A stretch of DNA of 64,000 nt from a virus, in the IMG/VR virus record IMGVR_UViG_3300043395_002432, positions 75,497-139,496 of that record; one strand, written 5' to 3'. Position numbers and translations under genes: made by a program. Numbering within the stretch: the first letter of the stretch is position 1; the number at the start of each line of letters is the position of its first letter. Below the pieces are notes generated by a model that was not told where the DNA came from, did not search any database, and saw only the letters and a list, made by a program, of their open reading frames with translations. Shown in pieces: positions 19,255-28,899 of this stretch.

Positions 19255-20700
19255 TCACTTCTTCTTCGCCGCCTTCGCAGCAGCACGCGACTCAGCCTCC
19301 GTACTCACCAAGTCCATGCCCGCAAAGCGAACCTTGAACGCACGCTCCGCCAACTTGCGATTCGAAGGATCAGCACGAAGCCATACCTTCGCCTCGTCCT
19401 GATTGCGGAACGTCACGTCCTCCATGCCAATCCCGTCAAGATGCAGAACCAACTTGCCAGGAAGGGACTCCATCACCGCACACGACGACTTCAAGATCAA
19501 CTTGAAGAAATTGTCGAAGTCCTCAATCTCCCCAGCACGCCACCCATCCATGTCCACCAACCGCTGAGCGTACCGTGCCTTCCGATTCGCAGGAGCGAAC
19601 TTGTTCTTGGTGACCGTTACCCCAACCTCAATACGATACGCAATCTCCGCCACGTCCGCATCCCTGATCCCAGATCCAGCCCACCTCGGATCTTCCATCC
19701 GCTCCACCTTCGAAGCAGACAAATCCACAATCAACGCAGCCGCGAACAACTGCCCCTTCCCCCCACTCATCGTCCGAGGATCGCCAAACGCAATCCCAAT
19801 CTTGTCACGCCACTGCTGAATCCAGATCGACGTCACAGGACGACCACGAAGCGATGCCATGTTGGTGCATTGCCCAACCACACGGAACATGCGGTTGAGG
19901 AGACGCGCATGCACGCCCATCATCGACTTGTCCGCAGACTCCTGAACCTCAATGTCAGGCGACATGGCAGCAAGCGAATCCACAATCACCATGTCCACCA
20001 AGCCACTGTTGATCAGCTCAGTGTAGATGTTCGTCACTTGCTCAGCCGAAGGCGGAATCACACGGTACATCGTCCTCGCATACGCAAAACGATTCACCCA
20101 CGCCGCGTCGAACGTCCCCTCCACGTCGATCACCGCCACATTGAACGGACGATACGAATTCGCCAGCAGCTCCTCATGCAGCGCCTGCCACTCCGCAAAG
20201 CCCTTCGCCTTCGGATCAGGACGAGGCCCAAGCGGATGCCGAATCACCTTCTGCGCGTAACAGTCGCACGACCCCACCAACGCCCACGTCGCCTCCTCCT
20301 CAGGATCGTCCGCAGGAATGTCCACCTCCTGCACGTCCACAGCAGGCCGATAGCACCGCGAACACAGAAGCTGACCCTGCCCAGCAGTCCGCCAAGCCGT
20401 CAACGACTTGCCACTCGACTGCGTCCCCACCAAGATCGTCCCATGCCCAACAGGGATGCCAGCCGTCCCATCCCCATTCACACCAACCGCCAGATCCAGC
20501 TCGAAACACCCCGTCGAGATCCGACGAACATTCATCGACGTCGGCTGGTGGATCGTCGCAACCCCCGTCTGCCCATTGATCCGACTCGTCAACTTCCGAA
20601 GCTCACCAGCCGACGATAGAGCCGCAGATCGCAACGCCTGGATCGACGGCTCCACCAACGAAGTCGAATTCGTTTCCTCTTGAGCCTGCTTGAATGCCAT
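19255..20700 (-). CDS. recA: RecA/UvsX recombinase with Cys-rich insertion
   Basis: ISTGCFELDLA, GTQSSGKS, IDVEG, IVDSLAAM, QWRDKIGIAFGDPRTMSGGKG, KNKFAP. Confidence 0.9.
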   Translation of the reverse strand: MAFKQAQEETNSTSLVEPSIQALRSAALSSAGELRKLTSRINGQTGVATIHQPTSMNVRRISTGCFELDLAVGVNGDGTAGIPVGHGTILVGTQSSGKSLTAWRTAGQGQLLCSRCYRPAVDVQEVDIPADDPEEEATWALVGSCDCYAQKVIRHPLGPRPDPKAKGFAEWQALHEELLANSYRPFNVAVIDVEGTFDAAWVNRFAYARTMYRVIPPSAEQVTNIYTELINSGLVDMVIVDSLAAMSPDIEVQESADKSMMGVHARLLNRMFRVVGQCTNMASLRGRPVTSIWIQQWRDKIGIAFGDPRTMSGGKGQLFAAALIVDLSASKVERMEDPRWAGSGIRDADVAEIAYRIEVGVTVTKNKFAPANRKARYAQRLVDMDGWRAGEIEDFDNFFKLILKSSCAVMESLPGKLVLHLDGIGMEDVTFRNQDEAKVWLRADPSNRKLAERAFKVRFAGMDLVSTEAESRAAAKAAKKK

Positions 20701-20759
20701 CGCTTCCCTCTCTTGGTGCCTCTTATCCCGAAAAGAGGAAGGAAGCAGCGGCGAGCGCC

Positions 20760-21323
20760 TTAGCGAGGAAGCGTAGAAGCCCTCGAAGAGAGATCCCGCA
20801 GCCGCTGCGTCAGCCGTACCTCAAGCTCCCGATACGCCTGCAGGAACTCCACGTTCGAGGGGCCAAAGGAACGCTCCGAAGTGACCTGCGGCTTCAGGTA
20901 CTCAGAACGCCCCCCAGCCAACTGACTCTCAGCCCCCTTGAAGGTACGCCCGTACACCAAGCGCAACGTCCCCATGACCGCAGGAGGCATCACCGGAAGC
21001 TCCTGAACCTCAGGCTTCCCCCGAAGGATCGAAGCCCGCTCCAACGAGAGGACGTAGAACACCAACGCGTCCGCATGCCCCACCAAGACCTCGTCCGTCA
21101 CCTCCTTCCGAGATCCCACCAAGGTCACCCCAACCCCAATCGAGAGGAATTCGAATTCGGGGAACGGGATCGTGATCTCCAGCGAAGTCCCAGCACTGAT
21201 CCGATCCTCCTCAGCGACGTCCCGAACACGAACCGAACGTGATGAGACGAATGAGGTCGACAACGCGGGCTGCTCCCGGTCGCGGTCGAAGGCTACAGTG
21301 GGCGACTGAGGGGAAATGAGCAT
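20760..21323 (-). CDS. Hypothetical protein
   Basis: GGAG RBS before ATG 21323; the ORF extension into the repeat array looks non-coding. Confidence 0.5.
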   Translation of the reverse strand: MLISPQSPTVAFDRDREQPALSTSFVSSRSVRVRDVAEEDRISAGTSLEITIPFPEFEFLSIGVGVTLVGSRKEVTDEVLVGHADALVFYVLSLERASILRGKPEVQELPVMPPAVMGTLRLVYGRTFKGAESQLAGGRSEYLKPQVTSERSFGPSNVEFLQAYRELEVRLTQRLRDLSSRASTLPR

Positions 21324-21493
21324 GCTTGACTCTCCGACCCCTAAGCTAAGCCCAACAGAGCCGAGGAGAAGCCATGAACAGCCCCCTTGACAGATCCTTA
21401 GCGGAAGCTGCGAGGGCTTCCCTGCCGGGGGCTTCGCCGTCGACTCGCATGCGAGCGACGGCGAGGGGCCTGTCGGTGCGAACCCTCTGTATA

Positions 21494-21866
21494 AGAGTGT
21501 CTTAGTTCGGGAAGAAGAGATCCGCATGAAAGGCAGCGAATCCACTCGTACTTTCGACGAGTCTCAGACCCCGGAGGTACGGACAGCGCAGCCCCGTGGA
21601 GCCGAGACGTCGAAGCCAGGAGCCGTGACACCAAGAGCGACGAGGGCGACATCCCCAGCCCCATGAGAGTGTCTTAGTTCGGGAAAAGGTTGTAGGCGTA
21701 GATCGCTGCGAATTCGACCGTACTTCGAAGGGCCATGACGCTCGGAACGCTCTGACAACGACGCCACGGGACGGCGCACCAAGTCGCGGTCACCCCGCCT
21801 ATCAGAGTGTCTTAGTTCGGGATCACGAAGTTATGGATCTACGCCAGCTTTCAGATCGTACTTTCG
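21494..21866. repeat. Three copies of bipartite motif AGAGTGTCTTAGTTCGGGA-N34-CGTACTT(T)CG (candidate origin)
   Basis: Box 1 at 21494, 21666, 21804; box 2 at 21547, 21719, 21857 (always +53). Confidence 0.85.
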
Positions 21867-21892
21867 GCTCCACGAAGCACCAAAGCCCCAGG

Positions 21893-21936
21893 GTCGCTGG
21901 GGCTTCGCGCACCCCATGTCGCTGGGGCTTCGCGCA
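21893..21936. repeat. 19-bp direct repeat GTCGCTGGGGCTTCGCGCA, first copy in a hairpin
   Basis: Copies at 21893-21911 and 21918-21936; AAGCCCCAG-GGTCG-CTGGGGCTT stem. Confidence 0.7.
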
Positions 21937-21955
21937 TTCGAATTCGTCGACGAGG

Positions 21956-23626
21956 TCAGCCCCCGGATCGCACCACAGGAGGACGCTTGACGTAGCGCGC
22001 CAGCTCCGAGAGCGATCCATCCTGCGGTAAGCTCTGACGCGCACCAATGGAGTTGTAGAACTCGATCCGCCGAACCGCCTTCCGCATGAAGCGCGTGTTC
22101 GTCTGCACCATGTCCACGACGACCGGATCAGGCTTGCCCGTACACGTCCCAGCCCGCCACGGACACCGCTCGCCACACTTCTTGGTGGGAGGACAGTGAC
22201 GACGAATCCGCCCCACCATCTGCTCCACGTCGCTGAACGGCATGCAGAGGATCATGGTGTCAAGCGACTGGTTGTTATACCCCTCCTCGATCATCTGCTT
22301 GGTAGACAAGATGATCTGACAGTTATTGAACACCTCCAGCTCTTGCTCCGTCACCGCACGCTTCTTGAGCGTCTCCTCCTTGTAGATCGGCTGCTTGGTG
22401 TCAGGATCGAACTCAGGCCGCTGCCCCGTCGCCCAGCCCACCGTGATCTGCGAGAGCCACCGACGTGAAGCGTCCCCCTGCTCCAGCGCCTTCGTCGCCC
22501 ACTCCTTCTCCTCCTGAAGGTAGCCCCAGAAAAGCGTAAGCTGCTCGATCCGCGTCGACAGCAGCATGACCTTCCGCCCCAACGCAGCCGCCTTCAATGC
22601 CTCAGCCACACAGCTCCGGTTGTGATGCTCGTTCTGCGCGATGATGTTGTCCACTTCCGCCGAATTTGCGTTCTCAGGGTCAATCCACTTGCCCCACTTC
22701 CGAAAGAAGGGAATCTCCCCCGCGTTCACGAATTTCACAATGGGCCGTCGACTCTCGGTCTTAGCCGCGTACCCAATCTCCCCGAAGTTATCCAAGAAGG
22801 CCCGCTCGCAGCCGTCCTTCCGCCGAGGGGTAGCTGTCAACGCCAGCCGGTAGGCTGCGCTGAATTTCGGAACCACGATGCTGAACGTGTCAGATCCCGT
22901 CCGGTGTGCCTCGTCCACGACGACCGTACCGAAGTACGAATACACTTCCTCTGGATATTGTCTCTGCGAAAGGGAATGGATCATCCCGATCACAATGTCC
23001 TTCCCCTTGTAGTCACAGACCGGCCCCTGAATCTTGCCGATCTTCGCCCCCGGAAGGAAGGTCTGAATCTCCTCCTTCCACTGCTTCATGAAGAACTCCT
23101 TGTTGACGACCACCAAAGCGGTACGCCCAAGTCGATAGATCGCACGAAGCGACGAGGCGGTCTTGCCGAAGGCGCAGGAGGCTTTCAGGATCGACCCGCC
23201 CCAAGGCTTGTCCTCCAAACCCTGACATTCCGCAGGCAAATGCCCCTCGCGCACCTTGCTGTACTGCCCCATCTTGACGAGGATCTGATCAATGGCCCTC
23301 GGCTGCTCCTCGTAAGGAGCCTGATCCGACCCACGAAAGCCCCCCGCAATGCATTCGGCGCTTAGCGCCTCTCCCCGAGAGACCTCGAGGATCTCTTGGT
23401 GCGGAGCCGTCTTGTTCCGAGCGTACCACATGCGCGGGACGTAGATCGCCTCGTCGTCCTCCCGGTAGAGCTTCAGCGGCCCTCGCGCCTCCCCTATGTC
23501 GCTCGTCGACTGAGGCTGGATCGTGAGGTTGCCCCGAATCACCAAGAGCGCGTCCTCTTTCAATCCGTCAGCAGCCCCAGCCCCATGCTTCGGGAGCCGC
23601 ACCATAGAACCGATCCTGACCTGCAT
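21956..23626 (-). CDS. SF2 DEAH helicase (UvsW/XPB-like)
   Basis: ASCAFGKT, VVDEAH, ALTATPRRKDG, EEGYN, EQMVGRIRR. Confidence 0.9.
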   Translation of the reverse strand: MQVRIGSMVRLPKHGAGAADGLKEDALLVIRGNLTIQPQSTSDIGEARGPLKLYREDDEAIYVPRMWYARNKTAPHQEILEVSRGEALSAECIAGGFRGSDQAPYEEQPRAIDQILVKMGQYSKVREGHLPAECQGLEDKPWGGSILKASCAFGKTASSLRAIYRLGRTALVVVNKEFFMKQWKEEIQTFLPGAKIGKIQGPVCDYKGKDIVIGMIHSLSQRQYPEEVYSYFGTVVVDEAHRTGSDTFSIVVPKFSAAYRLALTATPRRKDGCERAFLDNFGEIGYAAKTESRRPIVKFVNAGEIPFFRKWGKWIDPENANSAEVDNIIAQNEHHNRSCVAEALKAAALGRKVMLLSTRIEQLTLFWGYLQEEKEWATKALEQGDASRRWLSQITVGWATGQRPEFDPDTKQPIYKEETLKKRAVTEQELEVFNNCQIILSTKQMIEEGYNNQSLDTMILCMPFSDVEQMVGRIRRHCPPTKKCGERCPWRAGTCTGKPDPVVVDMVQTNTRFMRKAVRRIEFYNSIGARQSLPQDGSLSELARYVKRPPVVRSGG

Positions 23627-23720
23627 CCGATCCCCCAACGAGCGAGAGGCTTGAGAAACGCATTCGAATGCGTTCCCCAAGCCCCTTTATCCCGAACTCA
23701 CCAAGAGGCGAGTTTCGCCC

Positions 23721-24749
23721 TTAGAACGGGACGTCGTCGTCGCCGTCGAACGAGCCGCCATCCGCCGCGCCCGTCGCCTGCTTGATCTTGTCCTTCAGCG
23801 ACCCCACACCAAGAACCTCCGCCAGCCGCTGCGCCATCCCGTACCGCTGCTCCAGCTCCAGCCCCGAGTAGATCGGCAGCTCGGCAGCGGTGAACGGCGC
23901 GAGGCTGGTGTACTTCATGCGCGCCTCGCACTTCGAGAAGTCCCCGAAGATCTGGGGGTTGTCCGCCACCAGCTTCTTCAGCGCCACCAAGCCGTCCTCG
24001 GGCGAGGAGTAGCGCAGCCGGTAGTTGGTGGACTTGTCGATCCCCTTCAGCCAGGGAGCCACACCCTCCTCCTGAATCGAGAGGAGATCCTTCACCGACC
24101 ACTCCGTCCCGCAAGAGGAGGTCTGCTTCCCAGACCGCTTGGCCACGAAGATCCCACCAAGGGCCGAACCACCCCACTTCTCGGCGCGGGCGTTCATGAA
24201 GAGCTTGAAGTCGCCGCCCGGAACCCAATTGCCCTTAGCGTCCTTGCTGGTGATGCTCATGAGCGCCAGCCGCTTCCCGAACTGGTACTCCTTCCCGTTC
24301 GAGACGTCGGGCAGGACGCCCCGACCGAGATCGTCGGCCTTGGCAAGCGTTCCCAGCACCAAGACCGGGACGATCATCTTGGTCTGCGGACGCCGAGGAG
24401 CGCCGTCAGGATCGAGCTTCCCGTCCTTGTTGATCCGGGTCTCGCAGATCGGGCAGTAGTCGTCCACCTTGTCCTTCCCAGCGGGCGGGATCACCTTGGG
24501 GCAGACCACGAAGTTGTCAGTCGCCCCAGAGAAGCCGAGCTTCTGGAAGGCGAAGCCGATGTTGTGGATCGGCATACGGATCGGGCTGTCGGTGAGGCAC
24601 ATGACGAGCTGGGCCGTGTCGGGCTTCACCGAGAAGGGGAAGGGAACCCGCGTGGCACCACCGCCAGCACCACCACCAGGGGAGGCACGCCGGAAGGGAT
24701 CGGCGTAGGGATCGGTAGGATCGAAGTCGAAGCTTGGGATCTGGGACAT
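23721..24749 (-). CDS. Single-stranded DNA-binding protein (gp32-like)
   Basis: H..C..CPIC zinc ligands, acidic tail DGDDDVPF, located between primase and helicase. Confidence 0.75.
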   Translation of the reverse strand: MSQIPSFDFDPTDPYADPFRRASPGGGAGGGATRVPFPFSVKPDTAQLVMCLTDSPIRMPIHNIGFAFQKLGFSGATDNFVVCPKVIPPAGKDKVDDYCPICETRINKDGKLDPDGAPRRPQTKMIVPVLVLGTLAKADDLGRGVLPDVSNGKEYQFGKRLALMSITSKDAKGNWVPGGDFKLFMNARAEKWGGSALGGIFVAKRSGKQTSSCGTEWSVKDLLSIQEEGVAPWLKGIDKSTNYRLRYSSPEDGLVALKKLVADNPQIFGDFSKCEARMKYTSLAPFTAAELPIYSGLELEQRYGMAQRLAEVLGVGSLKDKIKQATGAADGGSFDGDDDVPF

Positions 24750-24914
24750 GGTCTTGGTGCCTTGTTGCCTTACGGCTGTTGTTGGCTTTGCTTGCGCCGC
24801 TTGCGATCCTGATTGATCGCTGCCCGCCCCTTCTATATACCCTGGGCGACCAAAGAGGTCGAGGAATCCCGTGTAAGCCAATCGTCAAGTGGGCAGGAAC
24901 GAATTCGAATTCGC

Positions 24915-26069
24915 TCAGAGCTGGATCGTCGCCCGACGCACCCCAGCCTCCAGCGGAAACTCCGAATCGCGCACCAAGCGGAGACGCTCGTTCAGCACGT
25001 CCACATGCTCTTGGTGCATCTCCCCTGGATCTTTCACCCCCGGCGGGAGCAGGATCGTGATCAGCGCACGCCCAGGCTCATTGAATCGAAGGAAGTTGTC
25101 CACCTCCCGGTTCATCCCCCGACCCGCGTCGTCCTGATCCCCCATTGTCGCAAGCGGCATCGTTGGTGCAATCCGAGCCGAGATCTTCCGAATCTGACTC
25201 CACGCAGGGTGCGCCCCCATGATCGCCAACGGGGAAGCCTCCAGCCCCAAGCTCAGCGGTCGAAGGACGTCGAGGAAGCCCTCCACGAAGATCGGGATCG
25301 CATTCGCCTTGTAGTAACGCTCCCCGTACAGAAGGATCGACTTCTCCATCCCAGGAGTATGGTAGTACTTCGGATGATTGTGACCGCAACGCTTACACAC
25401 GCTAAGCGGCTTCTCAAGCGTAGCGTCGCACCGCTCACAGATGCATGACGTCCTGTAGCTCCGCGCCGAAATCCCATGCACGACCCCAAGCTGATCTCGA
25501 ATCGGGAAGATCGCACGCTGACGACGACGATCCGTCATCACCCCAAACCACGCAAGAACGTCAGGAGAGATCCCCCGATCCACCAAGTACTGCGGCACCT
25601 CATCGTCATACGACTGAAGCTCGTCCATTGAGAACGACGAATTCGACTTCGGTCGATACGACGTCTCCGTTGGTGCCACATGCGGTCGAACCACCGGCTC
25701 GAACTTCACACGCTCCAGCGCATGATTCGACGACACCCACCGCAACGAACTCAGCCGCGAGAGGTTGAAGGGATCTTCCTCTCCCCGATCCTCCTGCCGC
25801 TCTTGCACATGCGAAAGGAGATCCCAAAAACGCTCGCCAAGCTGGTGCGCGAAGTACATCACCAGCCCTTCGAGCTTCCCCGTATGCCCGCAGCCAAGGC
25901 AGCAATAACCAGGGATCGTCCCCGGAGGAGACTCCAAGACCGCAAACGAAGGCGACCGGTCGTCATGGAACGGACAGCAAGCCAACACCTTCTTCGCTTT
26001 GACCTTCACCTCCTTCAGGCCGAGCTGGTGCAGGACGAGCGCAATCGCCTCCGGGCTGGTGTTCATCAT
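24915..26069 (-). CDS. DNA primase (CHC2 zinc finger + TOPRIM)
   Basis: CPFHDDRSPSF..CLGCG, YLVDRGI, IFPIRD, PKY, VEGFLD, DQDDAG, KDPGE. Confidence 0.9.
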   Translation of the reverse strand: MMNTSPEAIALVLHQLGLKEVKVKAKKVLACCPFHDDRSPSFAVLESPPGTIPGYCCLGCGHTGKLEGLVMYFAHQLGERFWDLLSHVQERQEDRGEEDPFNLSRLSSLRWVSSNHALERVKFEPVVRPHVAPTETSYRPKSNSSFSMDELQSYDDEVPQYLVDRGISPDVLAWFGVMTDRRRQRAIFPIRDQLGVVHGISARSYRTSCICERCDATLEKPLSVCKRCGHNHPKYYHTPGMEKSILLYGERYYKANAIPIFVEGFLDVLRPLSLGLEASPLAIMGAHPAWSQIRKISARIAPTMPLATMGDQDDAGRGMNREVDNFLRFNEPGRALITILLPPGVKDPGEMHQEHVDVLNERLRLVRDSEFPLEAGVRRATIQL

Positions 26070-26569
26070 GAGAGAAGCCACATGAGCGAACCCTGCACCA
26101 AGCTCCACAGGAGGCTCGAGAGGACGATAAAGCCAGCCCGCTGCATCTGCGTCCGCCCCTCCACCGAGACGAACTCCACGATGAAGGTCGAGAACTCGAT
26201 CTGCCGCGCCTGAAGCCGAAGCCAGAGCGAGATCGGCCCCTCTTGCCCGTTCAGACGGAAGACCCGGTGCGAGAGCGTCCGCTCCCAGAAGAAGCCAAGC
26301 GCCACCTGAAGCGGGATCGTCGCCAGCGTAGGAGCGATGGCAATCCCCCCGAGGAGGAGGGCAAGGAGCCGAACGAGCGCCACCTTGGTGTGGTAGCCGT
26401 ACAGCACAGAGGGCCGATCCTCGATCTTGTCAGGATTGACCTCGGCCTCCCCCTCGGGAACCAGATCCGGTAGAAGGAATGCTTGAACATTCACCTCCTC
26501 AGGACGGTAGAGAAGGTAGACCCCGATCTGCACCAAGGTCACAACGAGCATGAGAAGGATCGTTTCCAT
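26066..26569 (-). CDS. Membrane protein
   Basis: Three hydrophobic segments. Confidence 0.6.
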   Translation of the reverse strand: METILLMLVVTLVQIGVYLLYRPEEVNVQAFLLPDLVPEGEAEVNPDKIEDRPSVLYGYHTKVALVRLLALLLGGIAIAPTLATIPLQVALGFFWERTLSHRVFRLNGQEGPISLWLRLQARQIEFSTFIVEFVSVEGRTQMQRAGFIVLSSLLWSLVQGSLMWLLS

Positions 26570-26590
26570 GCCCCAATGATAGCGCACTCC

Positions 26591-27037
26591 TCAGGGAAGC
26601 GACTGCGCCTCGAACCCTGAAGGCGTCAACGAGATCGAACGCACCCCAAGCCTCCTCATCTCCCGCGCCAAGATCGAGAGTTGCAAGCTTGGTGCTGGGG
26701 CCGACGATGCCAGCCGCATCTGCTCCTCAAGCGAGGCATGCGCGACCACCTTGCGCGCCTCTCGCATGTACGCCGTCCGAACCTTCTTCCCAAGAAGCTC
26801 CCGACACCGCTTGTTCGTCAAATGCGGATCTTCCAGAAGCATCAGCACCAACGGGATCATGTACCGCGAACGAAGCGTCAGATCCGACGCAATCCGCTGA
26901 TCGTCCTGAATCCGCTTCGGATCGTACCGATACACCGTCGCCACGAAGGGGGTCTGCGGAAGCTCATGCGTCGGCTCCGCCGGAGGCGGAGGCGGAGGCA
27001 ACGTCAGCCCAAGTAACTCCTTCACTTTTTCCCACAT
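26591..27037 (-). CDS. Hypothetical protein
   Basis: AGGA RBS, in operon. Confidence 0.55.
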   Translation of the reverse strand: MWEKVKELLGLTLPPPPPPAEPTHELPQTPFVATVYRYDPKRIQDDQRIASDLTLRSRYMIPLVLMLLEDPHLTNKRCRELLGKKVRTAYMREARKVVAHASLEEQMRLASSAPAPSLQLSILAREMRRLGVRSISLTPSGFEAQSLP

Positions 27038-27699
27038 TTCCTACTCCTTACGCGCTGAACGATCCCGAAGTGCGTCCGTCTCCCGTGCGCCGGGGCAACC
27101 CCGATCCCCTCCCCCTCCGTCGCTAACGGGATCGGAAAGAACCTAAGCCACGGTCGGCTCCCGAAAGAGATAGGATCGAGGACGTCCTCCGTCCGTAAAA
27201 AGCTCGCAAAGCCCCACCTCGGCTTATCGCCGTCTAACGTGTAGATTTGATAAATCGCCCCAGGGTACAAAACCGTTGGAAGCGGACTTACCCAACAGAA
27301 CTTGAACTCGTTGACCGCATACGCCGTCTGCCCAAGCGAATGCTGTATCCAGAACCGCTCCTCGTCTTGCGGCTTGTACATCTTGGTGCGACGAGGACGA
27401 CCAGCCGCAGGATCTCGAATCGGAAGGTACGGAGCCGTTGGATTCTCCGCGATCAGCTCTGCCTGCATTCGCACCAACGCCTGAAGGAGCGCACGCCCTT
27501 CCGGCCCCTCGGGAACAACAAGCTCTACCTTCTCGGGAGGCGCACCCTCGATCTCGTCGACATGCCCCCTCCGCTTCTTCTCTCTCTTTTCCGCACGCTG
27601 TTCTGCGAGTTTCCGATGTTGCTCCGCAATCCTCCGCGACCGCGCCCCTTCCCTCGTCGCTTCCTTCTCGGTCGCTTCCTTCTCGACCCTGCGCCTCAC
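27022..27699 (-). CDS. Hypothetical protein
   Basis: GTG start overlapping MTase stop (GTGA). Confidence 0.5.
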   Translation of the reverse strand: MRRRVEKEATEKEATREGARSRRIAEQHRKLAEQRAEKREKKRRGHVDEIEGAPPEKVELVVPEGPEGRALLQALVRMQAELIAENPTAPYLPIRDPAAGRPRRTKMYKPQDEERFWIQHSLGQTAYAVNEFKFCWVSPLPTVLYPGAIYQIYTLDGDKPRWGFASFLRTEDVLDPISFGSRPWLRFFPIPLATEGEGIGVAPAHGRRTHFGIVQRVRSRKCGKK

Positions 27700-28403
27700 T
27701 CCACACCCCCCATGAATGCCCGCAGCAGATCCTCTGCCTTCTCGATGCGGGACGCGTCCGAATCGAACCCAATGTAGCGACGCTTGGTGCGGTGACACGC
27801 ACGAGCCAACGGCCCAAGCCCAGAAAAGATGTCCACCACCAAGTCCCCTGGCTCCGTCCACCGCTCGATCCACTGAGCCATCCAATCCGTGGGCTTCTCG
27901 GAATGCTGCCGCCGCTGCGAAGCATGACCATTGCGAAGCGCACCAAAGTGGTTCGTGAGATGCACCCCCTTGGTGTAGAGCAACACAAGCTCAGCCGCAC
28001 CAAGCCAATGATGCCCAACGCCGCCACCGTCCTTCACCCACGCACCTCCAGAGACGTAGCGCCACTTCAGGTCGTGTGACTCATGGAACCACCGCTCGAG
28101 AAGCGGAAACGTCGCCCACATGGCCAGCCGAACCCCACGCTCCTTGGTGCGCTCCTCAGGAAAAGCAGCATGCACGCGATTCAACGCACGCACGATGTCG
28201 CCCATGCTCATGTTCGCGTAGTGCTTCTCGATCTCCGCCACGTCGGCCCGACCGTAGAGACCCCCCTCATACGTCCACGGCGGATCAGCCACCACCAAAG
28301 AGGCGTCCGCGATGCAAGCGAAGTCGACTTCGTTGACGTCCCCCTGGACGAAGCGAATCTCAGGGGGAAGGGCTGTGGGCTTCAGATCAGGGAAGAGCTG
28401 CAT
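27696..28403 (-). CDS. DNA/RNA N6-adenine methyltransferase (MT-A70-like)
   Basis: VVADPPWTY, HYANMS, LAMWAT, WVK, HSEKP, VVDIFSGLG. Confidence 0.82.
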   Translation of the reverse strand: MQLFPDLKPTALPPEIRFVQGDVNEVDFACIADASLVVADPPWTYEGGLYGRADVAEIEKHYANMSMGDIVRALNRVHAAFPEERTKERGVRLAMWATFPLLERWFHESHDLKWRYVSGGAWVKDGGGVGHHWLGAAELVLLYTKGVHLTNHFGALRNGHASQRRQHSEKPTDWMAQWIERWTEPGDLVVDIFSGLGPLARACHRTKRRYIGFDSDASRIEKAEDLLRAFMGGVE

Positions 28404-28421
28404 TCCCCGATCCTATCCCGC

Positions 28422-28850
28422 TCAGAGGAGCCAGGGCATCGCCGGAACCCGCGCCCGATCCCGCTCAGCGCGCAGCCGCTCAAGGATCGTGAGCAGGTCG
28501 AACGCCCCTTCCCATGTCCAGGGATCATGCGGCTCAACCCGCAGGCAGCGGGTGGCCATGCCCCCAGAGACCCACTCGAACTCGAACCGGAACCGCCCCT
28601 CACCGTTCGGGGGGGCCACGATCTGGGCCATTGCGAAGCACACCGACCCCGTGCCGTTCCAGGCCGCGCCGAGGAAGATACAGGGACGCGCCCAATCCCG
28701 ACGACGACCCCAGCCAGCCGTGGGGGCGCGACCCGCCTGCTGCGTGCTGCGGGGCAGATCGCCCCCGCGCAAGAGAGCGCGGATCGAAGCCTCGGTGGCG
28801 GGGTCGAGGGGGGGGCGCTGGATCGGGGGAAGCGTGATCGTGGTCGTCAT
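28422..28850 (-). CDS. Hypothetical protein (possibly leaderless)
   Basis: ATG 6 nt after TATCTT -10 box. Confidence 0.6.
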   Translation of the reverse strand: MTTTITLPPIQRPPLDPATEASIRALLRGGDLPRSTQQAGRAPTAGWGRRRDWARPCIFLGAAWNGTGSVCFAMAQIVAPPNGEGRFRFEFEWVSGGMATRCLRVEPHDPWTWEGAFDLLTILERLRAERDRARVPAMPWLL

Positions 28851-28856
28851 GCCAGC

Positions 28857-28899
28857 AAGATACGCACCCTCTCGCTCAGTGTTGTCAGGATTGCGTCAA
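28857..28899 (-). promoter_or_regulatory. Tandem-TGAC promoter
   Basis: TTGACG-caatc-CTGACA-N20-TATCTT. Confidence 0.6.

Noticed and set aside
21547-21570. Hammerhead ribozyme (minus strand CTGAGA...CGAAA)
   Set aside because: Core is not CUGANGA with proper stems, and is not conserved in the other copies
21494-21866. CRISPR array
   Set aside because: Only three units, 19-bp non-palindromic repeat, periods of 138-172 bp, inserts partly similar to one another, no cas genes in the window
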